Shown piece by piece: positions 1-7,419 of a stretch of DNA of 29,984 bases. The DNA is from a virus (lineage: Duplodnaviria > Caudoviricetes). The notes beneath the pieces are model-generated. The model made no database searches, was not told the DNA's origin, and saw nothing but the letters and a program-made list of their open reading frames with translations. The stretch is taken from IMG/VR virus record IMGVR_UViG_3300032216_000330, positions 1-29,984 of that record. One strand, written 5' to 3'. Each line of letters begins with the position of its first letter. The stretch's first letter is position 1. The position numbers and the translations under genes were made by a program.

Positions 1-3000
1 ATTTTCATCTTAGTAAGGTCCATCTCCATAAAGTTTCTTATAACCTTTTCCTTAGATGGTTTAATATCAACAGGCTCTCCCGTAAATCGGTCTTTGCCTG
101 TTGTTAACATATGGTCGATAGTAGATGATAAAGTGTCGAATAATTTAACTGCTGCTGAACGAACAAATTTCTCTTCCTGCTCTGACATATTTTTCTTTTC
201 TGTCTCCATCATCTTCATCATCTCTTCGTAAGTTAATGTAGAACCTTCAACACCTAATAATTCTTCTACCTGCTCACGCATTGATTCTGTTAACTTTTCT
301 TTCTGAGATTTCATCATCTCTTCTATATAAGCATCTGCAGCTTTTATCTCAATAGTTGGTTTAAAGCCTTTCATTGAAGAGCCTTTGATAGCTTGTTCAA
401 GGTCTGATGCTACTTCATTGTACTTCTCTATGTCATCAACTAATGATGGGTCTATTTTATTAAACTCCTCTCCTAACTTTACTAAATTGCCATCATATTT
501 GTTGCTTTTATTTTTAGATAGCTTTCTGATAGAATCTTTTAAAGCATTTCCTTTTGACAATTTGTTTTGATAATCTGCATCAGCAAAAATCTTCTCAGCG
601 TAATCAATGAATTTATTCAAATGCTCAAAGCTCTCTACATTTAAATTGTTGGCTCTCTTTAATAAAGCATTTACTTGAGCAGCAGATAACTTACCTGCCT
701 TTTTAATATTATCTATTACATCAGTGATTAGCTTTCTCTTCTCTTTGATATTGCCTTTCGCCAACTTTACCTCTTTGATGGTATTAGCAATCATCTTCTT
801 CTCGCTAATCTCTATCTTATCAGACTTAGCTTTGTCAATGATGTCATTGATTTTATCAACTGCTTTGTTTAGCGTTTCTTCATCTTTTACTTTAGCAATC
901 TCAGCCATCACTCTCGTTAAATCCTTACGAGTAAGATTGCCATATTCCTTGACAGAGTCAAAGTATTTTTTAATTGCTTTTACTTTTTCAGTAACACCTT
1001 TAGCACTTTCCTTAGCAGCCTTTAGCTCTGCCTTCATCTTCTCCTTAGCAGCTTTCTCCTCTGCTTTCGCTTTCTCTGCTTCTAACTTGGTCTTACTTAC
1101 CTCGATGATATCTTTGTTTGCATTGTCGATAATATCCGTTATCTTTTTAGAAGCACTCTCTAATGTCTTCTCATCTTTTACATTCTTGATAATGTCAATC
1201 ACTTTTAGCAAGTCCTTACGAGTAAGGTTTGCTACGTCTTTATTCTTAACAACAAAATCTCTGATTTTCTTGACTGCCTCTCTAACAGACGAAGCACCTT
1301 CCTTCGCAGCTTTAATCTCTAATTTAATTTGGTCCTTTAATGCTTGAGCTTCATTAACAGTTACCTCTTTCTCTTTCTTTCCTGTTATGGTCTCTGCTGA
1401 CGGACTTTGCTTCATCTTCTCGCCAAACGCCTCTTTGACATCACGAGTAATCTGCTCACGTTGTTGGTCGGTAGCGTTCTTATAAGCCTCGCTACCTTCA
1501 ACAATCTTCATTACGTTCTTCTCGATGGTTGTTTGCTTTGTCTTTCTGTCAAGCCCTCTTAGGATTTCACTATTGACATCCTCCATCATCTTATCGTAAC
1601 CTTCAACAGTTTCAGAAGAAACTTTCTCAGTCAACTCCTTCATTCCTTTAACGACATCATCAAACGACACCTTATTATCAGCAGCTACTTTAGTGATAGC
1701 TTCTTGCAATGTCATACCACCTTTTACAAGTACCTTCAATGACTTTACAATCGCTTTCATTACAGGAACAGCGATATTGACACCAAGATTTTCTTTTGAA
1801 AATTTAGTCAAGTCGTTATCAATTTTATCCAAGAAGTCATAAACCTTTCCAAGATTTGTTTGGTCTTTCGTATCAAGGTCTAATAACTCATCTACTTCTG
1901 CCTTTGCTTTTGTTGGTTTGTTTAATAAATCCTCAACAGCCTTTACCAACTCAGGATTAGAGCCATCTGCTTTTGCTTTGTGATATGCTTCGGAGATAGC
2001 TTTTTCTTGAGATGGGATAATTAAATCATTTAATTTTTCTTGAGGAATAATTAATATCTCGTGACCTTCTGTAAAACTTACTCCATCAAATCCCGATTTT
2101 AACAGCAAATTATTTAAAGATTCATTAAGACCTTCTACTGCTTTTGCTGAATTTAATTTATTTGCTTCAATAACTCTTGATTCTAAGTTTTCTAATAAAG
2201 AACCAAAATCTTGATTAGGATTTTCTTTTACTGCTTTCTCTAATGCTTTTTGAATATAGATTTCATTATTATCAAAAGAAGATTTTTTTTCTTCAAGTCT
2301 TTTTATCTCTTCTGATATCTCATTATATTCTCTATTGTTTTTTGATTTAGATAAAAGTTCTTTTAATTTATATATAGTTCCATCTACTTCTTTTGAGAAA
2401 GACAATGAATTAAGAGCTTCAGATACTGACATATCACCATTTAATAAATTCAATTTACTTGAATCTAAAAATGTGGACTTATCTCCATAATCAAAATTTT
2501 TAAAAAGATTGCTAAAATAAAATCCCGTTCCATACCTGCCTCTTGTTTGACCTTTTATTTTAGTAGGGTCAAATTTACTTATTACTTCAGAGCCATTATG
2601 TGCTATTAATCCAACAAGATTTCTAAGTTTAACTCCAATAGATTCTTTTCTTTTATTTACTATTGGCTCTAACGCCTTAGCTGTACTCTCAACATCTTTT
2701 AATGCTTCTACTTCTTGCGGCTTCGCAGGAGCGACACCTTCTTGGGGGTCATACTCAAACTTATTTTCGCCAACTTTTTTAAATCCGTTTTTCTCGTAAA
2801 AATCGCTTAACCTTTCTAAGTTAGTTTCAGCATCCAATTCATTTGTAGCGTCTAAAACTATTTTCTTGCCCGTTCTATCAGCTTCTGATTTTACTGTTTC
2901 AAGCACTTTTGTTCCTATGCCTTTACCACGATTTTCTTTTTTTACATAAACAGCAGTTAAACTTAAATCATTTCCTTTAGGAGTCAATAACACACTCGCA

Positions 3001-5864
3001 TCAGGATTTTCTTTTGCTACATTATCATTTACTTCTTTTGCTATAGTATAATCTGCATCTATTGGTTCTCCGCTTACTTCTTTCTGTTTTTCAAGAGTGA
3101 CACCTTCTTGGGTAGTTGCTTCTTGGGCGTTTCCTTCTCCCACTGTTGGCAGTTCCACTTGGGGTTGTTCTGTGCGTAACACGCCTTCCTCTGTTGTTGG
3201 CTCTTGAATGGCATTTTCTTCTTGTAGTTTAGATTGTTGTTTTTTTAAACTGTCTAATGTTTCTTGGTATAATTGTGGAAATTCTTCTCCATCTTTTTCA
3301 TATGCTTTTTTAGAATCCTCATACTCTTTTACTGCATCTGATATGTATTGCTCAGGATTGTTTTTGAGTAATTCTAATTTATCTTTAGTATATTGAGTGT
3401 ACTGCTCATAACTCGGCTTCTTACTAAAGAATCTAACTATTGGATTTTTGCTATCAAATTGTTTTTTTGCATCATTGTAATCTTCTTCATTATACTTTAA
3501 CTGAGTTTCTAAATATTCTTTATAAAAATTTAGACTAGATTTTACATCCTCATCTTGAACCTCATCAAGCGTCTTAGGCTTTGCAGTAGGTTCAGTAGGA
3601 GCAGTTTCAGCAGGTGCTTCAGCAGCAGCTTCGGGAGCAGCTACTTCACGCTTTTGCTTTGACAATTCTTCTAACTCATTATTAATCTCAGCAATCCTTT
3701 CGTTTTGTGGTTTAACTAAAGTTTCATCTTTGTTCTCTATCTTTTTCTTTAATGATGTTCTTTCTTTTAGCAATCCTAACATCTTTCTTTTTTGAGCCGC
3801 AGTATAATCATCAGGCAATTTTTCTAATAACCCAACAGACATATCTACATCGTTAAGATGTGCATCTTTTTCTTTCTCTGTCAGCTCTCCGTTAGCAACC
3901 TTTATATTTAAGTTCTCTTCGTATGCTTGACGTAAAACAGGATTTGTTAATGTCTTATAATTGTCAATAGTAGCATCGCTGATTTTTTCAAAGTTATTAT
4001 CCTTGTAAGCTGTCCCGATAGAATTTATACTTCCCATCATCGCACTTCCCACAGCCATATCTAATCCCGACTCTGCAACCTGTTTTAAATAGTCTCCTGC
4101 ATTATCAGGAAACTTAAACATCTCATCTTTCTTTGCTAAGTTGTATGATTCTTTAACAGCATCACCACTAACTTTCAATTCAACTCCCGTAGCAAATCCG
4201 TGAGCAAGGTTTCCTCCCGTTGTGATAAGACCACGATTCAAAGCAGACTTTACTTCATTGTCAGCAAACTCTTGAACGCTCTTTGCAGCAGTTTCGCTTC
4301 CCATCTTCTTCAAGATGTTTGCAACCATCGCCTTGCCGGGAGCAGTCTCTAAAAATTTATTCGTTGGAGAGTATTTCATAATAGCTGCATTGGCAAATCC
4401 TAATGCAGTAGCTACACCAACCTTCTCGTCTGTTCCAATATCTTTAAATGCAGGATTATCTTTCATCTCTTCCATCGCACCATCATATCCCGATGCAAAG
4501 AAAGCTGTGTATCCTGCCGCAGGATTAACCATAGAAGCTCCTATGGCAGGAAGAAAACCAACAACACCGAGAGCGTTCCTTGCAAGGAAATTTTCTTGTG
4601 CTTTCTTTTTGTATGCCTCACTTACGTCAAACTCAACATTTTCTTTTAATGCTTTCTTGCCTTCCTCAATCCCTTTCGTTACTTGCTCTTTCTCAACATT
4701 ACCCATAGCATTGCTTACCTTCCAAGCATCGCTTAATGATATGTCTCCACGTAAAGCCAAATCAGTAGCGTTGACAATAGCCTTTGCCTTTGAATCAACA
4801 TAAGCACCAACGTCCATCAACCCTGCTCCTATGCCATACAAACCTTCTGTAAGCGTATTTGCAGTTATACCATACCAAGTGCCTGCATCGGCAGTGCTTC
4901 GCGTGTATTTACCAACAGCCTCATCTAATCGCTCGTGGTTTTTCTTGTTAGCCGTTTGCATCTCAGCAAGTGCTGCCGTGCGTTTTGCTATCTCTTCTTT
5001 CTTTTGCGTTAGTAAGTTTAATCGTTCAGCATCAGGAGTCTTTTTTAAAGCCTCCTGCTCTGTTTTCATTTTAAAAATGTCGGCTGCTAAGTTTTTCTTT
5101 TCTAAGTTTATAGAAGAAGTTTCTTGATTGATAGCTTTGTTAGCATCATCAATATCTTTTTGGCTTCGGTATCTCTTGTAGTATTTATCATACTGAGAAA
5201 CCTCATTGTCAATCTTTGGTTTATTGGCATCAACAAATGCTTTAAGTTCATTGGAACTTTCAATGTTTCCTTTATCAGTAAATGAATCAATAGAGATAGT
5301 CTTTGTTTTACCATTAGGAGCTGTTACGTTTATAGCATCATATCCAAATCCTGCTTCTTTAAACTTAAACCCATAATCCCCAAACATACTTTCTAATTGT
5401 GGGACTACAATTTCTTTATCTTTTGTAGTTAAAGATGCATTAACTTCTTTTAAGGAATTATTAAAGTCTTGTTTAGAAACAAATGCTTTATCAGCATTAG
5501 GCTTTGATGGTAATGCCGATGAAGACTCTCCCGAAGGCGATTCCGTAGAACCTTGAGGCTCTTTTTTTTTTAATGCGTCAGGAATAATCTGCCCAACTTT
5601 AGCAAATTCATCTTGTTTATCTTCAGCAAATAAACTTTTAATACCACCGATTGCTCTATCAATTAATCCCGGCTCTTCTTTTTGAAAAGCAGACTTAAAT
5701 GTATCTTCTCCTGTTTCTAAGAATAAATCATTATCTAAGCCAAGATTATATAATGCTGATTGCTGTTCAGGAGTAGCAGTAGAAAATTTCTCAAAACTTG
5801 TAGCATCTGTAATTATACCTTGTTGCTTATACAAGTCATATAACTTTTGTAGTTTATCGTTCAT
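1..5864 (-). CDS. Giant polyvalent/ejection-type virion protein, >1950 aa, 3' end runs out of the window
   Basis: ATG at 5864-5862 (MNDKLQKLYDLYKQQG...), 12 nt after the stop of the 510-aa gene. My manual translation stays open to the window edge (...KVIRNFMEMDLTKMK), which explains its absence from the ORF track. It contains Gly/Ala-rich hydrophobic segments (~4020-4900), GNAT and ART-like domains and helical repeats. It is the last gene after the GNAT-small-medium ejection genes. Confidence 0.92.
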   Translation of the reverse strand, partial: MNDKLQKLYDLYKQQGIITDATSFEKFSTATPEQQSALYNLGLDNDLFLETGEDTFKSAFQKEEPGLIDRAIGGIKSLFAEDKQDEFAKVGQIIPDALKKKEPQGSTESPSGESSSALPSKPNADKAFVSKQDFNNSLKEVNASLTTKDKEIVVPQLESMFGDYGFKFKEAGFGYDAINVTAPNGKTKTISIDSFTDKGNIESSNELKAFVDANKPKIDNEVSQYDKYYKRYRSQKDIDDANKAINQETSSINLEKKNLAADIFKMKTEQEALKKTPDAERLNLLTQKKEEIAKRTAALAEMQTANKKNHERLDEAVGKYTRSTADAGTWYGITANTLTEGLYGIGAGLMDVGAYVDSKAKAIVNATDLALRGDISLSDAWKVSNAMGNVEKEQVTKGIEEGKKALKENVEFDVSEAYKKKAQENFLARNALGVVGFLPAIGASMVNPAAGYTAFFASGYDGAMEEMKDNPAFKDIGTDEKVGVATALGFANAAIMKYSPTNKFLETAPGKAMVANILKKMGSETAAKSVQEFADNEVKSALNRGLITTGGNLAHGFATGVELKVSGDAVKESYNLAKKDEMFKFPDNAGDYLKQVAESGLDMAVGSAMMGSINSIGTAYKDNNFEKISDATIDNYKTLTNPVLRQAYEENLNIKVANGELTEKEKDAHLNDVDMSVGLLEKLPDDYTAAQKRKMLGLLKERTSLKKKIENKDETLVKPQNERIAEINNELEELSKQKREVAAPEAAAEAPAETAPTEPTAKPKTLDEVQDEDVKSSLNFYKEYLETQLKYNEEDYNDAKKQFDSKNPIVRFFSKKPSYEQYTQYTKDKLELLKNNPEQYISDAVKEYEDSKKAYEKDGEEFPQLYQETLDSLKKQQSKLQEENAIQEPTTEEGVLRTEQPQVELPTVGEGNAQEATTQEGVTLEKQKEVSGEPIDADYTIAKEVNDNVAKENPDASVLLTPKGNDLSLTAVYVKKENRGKGIGTKVLETVKSEADRTGKKIVLDATNELDAETNLERLSDFYEKNGFKKVGENKFEYDPQEGVAPAKPQEVEALKDVESTAKALEPIVNKRKESIGVKLRNLVGLIAHNGSEVISKFDPTKIKGQTRGRYGTGFYFSNLFKNFDYGDKSTFLDSSKLNLLNGDMSVSEALNSLSFSKEVDGTIYKLKELLSKSKNNREYNEISEEIKRLEEKKSSFDNNEIYIQKALEKAVKENPNQDFGSLLENLESRVIEANKLNSAKAVEGLNESLNNLLLKSGFDGVSFTEGHEILIIPQEKLNDLIIPSQEKAISEAYHKAKADGSNPELVKAVEDLLNKPTKAKAEVDELLDLDTKDQTNLGKVYDFLDKIDNDLTKFSKENLGVNIAVPVMKAIVKSLKVLVKGGMTLQEAITKVAADNKVSFDDVVKGMKELTEKVSSETVEGYDKMMEDVNSEILRGLDRKTKQTTIEKNVMKIVEGSEAYKNATDQQREQITRDVKEAFGEKMKQSPSAETITGKKEKEVTVNEAQALKDQIKLEIKAAKEGASSVREAVKKIRDFVVKNKDVANLTRKDLLKVIDIIKNVKDEKTLESASKKITDIIDNANKDIIEVSKTKLEAEKAKAEEKAAKEKMKAELKAAKESAKGVTEKVKAIKKYFDSVKEYGNLTRKDLTRVMAEIAKVKDEETLNKAVDKINDIIDKAKSDKIEISEKKMIANTIKEVKLAKGNIKEKRKLITDVIDNIKKAGKLSAAQVNALLKRANNLNVESFEHLNKFIDYAEKIFADADYQNKLSKGNALKDSIRKLSKNKSNKYDGNLVKLGEEFNKIDPSLVDDIEKYNEVASDLEQAIKGSSMKGFKPTIEIKAADAYIEEMMKSQKEKLTESMREQVEELLGVEGSTLTYEEMMKMMETEKKNMSEQEEKFVRSAAVKLFDTLSSTIDHMLTTGKDRFTGEPVDIKPSKEKVIRNFMEMDLTKMK
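774..1319 (-). repeat. Two tandem helical protein repeats (97-codon offset) inside the giant protein
   Basis: EIKAAK...NLTRKDLLKVIDIIKNVKDEKTLESASKKITDIIDNA vs ELKAAK...NLTRKDLTRVMAEIAKVKDEETLNKAVDKINDIIDKA. The 14-mer tccttacgagtaag occurs at 922 and 1213 (291 nt apart). Confidence 0.85.
2020..2630 (-). other. ADP-ribosyltransferase-like domain (ART-PolyVal type) within the giant protein
   Basis: Motifs in canonical order: AHNGS..KFDP (HNGS 2589-2600), YGTGFYFS (2511-2534), DYG, then GFDGV..GHEILI (GFDG 2082-2093, Glu 2058-2060). About 110 helical residues are inserted in the middle. Confidence 0.65.
2708..3112. repeat. 39-nt imperfect direct repeat (2708-2746 and 3074-3112) bracketing the GNAT domain
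   Basis: ctacttcttgcggcttcgcaggagcgacaccttcttggg vs ttacttctttctgtttttcaagagtgacaccttcttggg: 31/39 identical, offset 366 nt (122 codons). Confidence 0.85.
2750..3070 (-). other. GNAT acetyltransferase domain within the giant protein
   Basis: LTAVYVKKENRGKGIGTKVL (acetyl-CoA motif A, RGKGIG at 2913-2930), KIVLDA strand and LSDFYEKNGF motif B. Confidence 0.85.
3074..3214 (-). CDS. Putative overprinted 46-aa basic protein MPFKSQQQRKACYAQNNPKWNCQQWEKETPKKQLPKKVSLLKNRKK (+1 frame of the giant ORF)
   Basis: ATG at 3214, TAA at 3076-3074. It has an A-rich Bacteroidota-style leader (A at -3 and -6). Divergence of the duplicated 3' end is mostly synonymous in this frame. Confidence 0.65.
   Translation of the reverse strand: MPFKSQQQRKACYAQNNPKWNCQQWEKETPKKQLPKKVSLLKNRKK
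5497..5573 (-). other. Candidate programmed -1 frameshift / transcriptional slippage site (A10) with a short transframe tail
   Basis: TTA AAA AAA AAA GAG (T10 at 5562-5571 on +). The -1 frame reads RASRFYGIAFGRVFIGITIKA* (stop 5499-5497). Confidence 0.45.
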
Positions 5865-5876
5865 TATTTTTATTTT

Positions 5877-7409
5877 TTATTTAAACACTGCATCTCCTGC
5901 TCCTGCTCCTGTATTTGTTTCAGTAGCCTTAGGTCTTCTGTCGGTAGAAGCAGTGTCAAACCCTCCTCTTTTTGTATTGATGCTACCATCAGGATTTTTT
6001 TCGTTATATAAACGTTTATTATAGTTTTTGTTTTTTACAGTTTCTAATGCCTTTTTCTTAGCAGCAGAAGGGTCTAAATAGTTCATTGCTCCTGCTTGTT
6101 CAGCAGCACCCATAATAATCTGATTAAATACATCATCCTTATTATCGTCAGTTATTGTATAAGAAATCGGTTCATTTTTATCGGTATAAATATAAAGCGT
6201 ATTCCCTTGCTTAGTTGCATACTTAATATTACCAAGTCCTGCCATACCTCTGAGACCTTGATTCATAAGGTCTTCTGTATCACCATAAATAGCATTTGCT
6301 ACGTTCTGACCAAACATTTCACCATTATACTTCTTAGTTTCAGCAGTTCCTTCTCCTTCCGTTTTATGGTAATCAGCAATAGCAGCAATAGCAGCCTTCT
6401 CCTCCTTGTGGTCTATCAAACCTAAGAATTGGTCTGTAGCATATTGTTCAGCCGCTTTCTTTTGTGCAGGAGTAAGGTCAGGTGTGAAACTTCCATCACC
6501 ATCAGGGTCAATATACATAATCACATTTGGTTTTCCTCTGTCAGCAGGATCAGGATTAATAGATACACGATAAGCATCAGTAGTGCCGGGAACAACACCT
6601 TGATGGTCGGTAAGGATAGACATTACATTAAATGGATTTGCCATTACCTCATTGATAAACCCATTCTTAGCAGCGTCAAAACTTGCCTTTAATTGTTTAT
6701 CTTGTATCTCTATTATCTCCCCGTTCTTTCCTCTACGAGCCTCTCTGAATTTTGATATTTGATAATCTCCTAACTTATCTGTTACGGCTGCTAATTTTTC
6801 CGTCAGTTGATATTTGTCAATCGGTTGATTCATTAGTACGTTCAACTGTTGCATAGACTTAGTATCACCTTTAATCAACTCTCCATTTGGTCCTTTCGTC
6901 ATCTGAGCACCACTAACCCTCCCCGTAGTTGGATTAATCATAAGGCTTAAGTTCTTGAACTTACCAAAAGCAGATACGTCAGAAGCTACATCTAACTCTG
7001 CCTTACTCCCTGTGCTGTTCTTGTTTCTTTCTAATATCTTAGCATAAGCAGTTTGCCAATTCTTTGCATTATCAAAAAGAGATTTAGTATCCTCTTGAAT
7101 GTTCTGCATTATCAAAGTATAATCCTTTGGCTTTAATACTCCTGCCTTTAACAACTTATTTACTTGTAAAAGATATTGTTTTGAATTATCGGCAAATCCT
7201 GTTACAGCACCATTGATATCTTGATTTTCTCCTGTAGGCGAATTAGCTAACTCAGCATAATTATCCTGCATTGCTTTATCTAATGCAGCCTTCTTATCCT
7301 CTCTTATTTTATAAGCAGCCTGTACCGTATCAGTAAGATTCTGACCGAGCTTTCCCCAATCGACGTAGGAACTTGCGTCCCTTTCTGCGTATCCGTAATA
7401 TTCTGCCAT
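5877..7409 (-). CDS. Putative internal virion/ejection protein (510 aa)
   Basis: Long clean ORF, helical and charged N-half. It is the middle gene of a small/medium/giant trio after the GNAT-fold gene, the usual podovirus ejectosome layout. Function is inferred from position. Confidence 0.6.
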   Translation of the reverse strand: MAEYYGYAERDASSYVDWGKLGQNLTDTVQAAYKIREDKKAALDKAMQDNYAELANSPTGENQDINGAVTGFADNSKQYLLQVNKLLKAGVLKPKDYTLIMQNIQEDTKSLFDNAKNWQTAYAKILERNKNSTGSKAELDVASDVSAFGKFKNLSLMINPTTGRVSGAQMTKGPNGELIKGDTKSMQQLNVLMNQPIDKYQLTEKLAAVTDKLGDYQISKFREARRGKNGEIIEIQDKQLKASFDAAKNGFINEVMANPFNVMSILTDHQGVVPGTTDAYRVSINPDPADRGKPNVIMYIDPDGDGSFTPDLTPAQKKAAEQYATDQFLGLIDHKEEKAAIAAIADYHKTEGEGTAETKKYNGEMFGQNVANAIYGDTEDLMNQGLRGMAGLGNIKYATKQGNTLYIYTDKNEPISYTITDDNKDDVFNQIIMGAAEQAGAMNYLDPSAAKKKALETVKNKNYNKRLYNEKNPDGSINTKRGGFDTASTDRRPKATETNTGAGAGDAVFK

Positions 7410-7419
7410 TTCTTATTGT

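Noticed and set aside
2708-2752. 14-aa mini-ORF MTPKKVSLLRSRKK in the second repeat copy
   Set aside because: Its ATG comes from the GNAT main-frame TAT-GAC and has no convincing leader. It is best read as a duplicated 3' end of the overprinted gene, not a gene.
3238-3250. Second slippery-looking run T TTA AAA AAA C
   Set aside because: It is a shorter run, and the downstream hidden ORF is in +1 with its own ATG. The run is adequately explained as A-rich leader and Lys codons.
1-5864. Virion RNA polymerase identity for the giant protein
   Set aside because: No DxDxD/DFDID-type catalytic motif was seen in the visible part; the missing C-terminus cannot be judged.
385-6692. Plus-strand ORFs (385-570, 724-1347, 3208-3396, 4315-4803, 4831-5127, 6096-6425, 6429-6692), some looking like membrane proteins
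   Set aside because: They are antisense shadows of the minus-strand genes. The F/L/S richness of those over the giant ORF is the reverse complement of its K/E codons.
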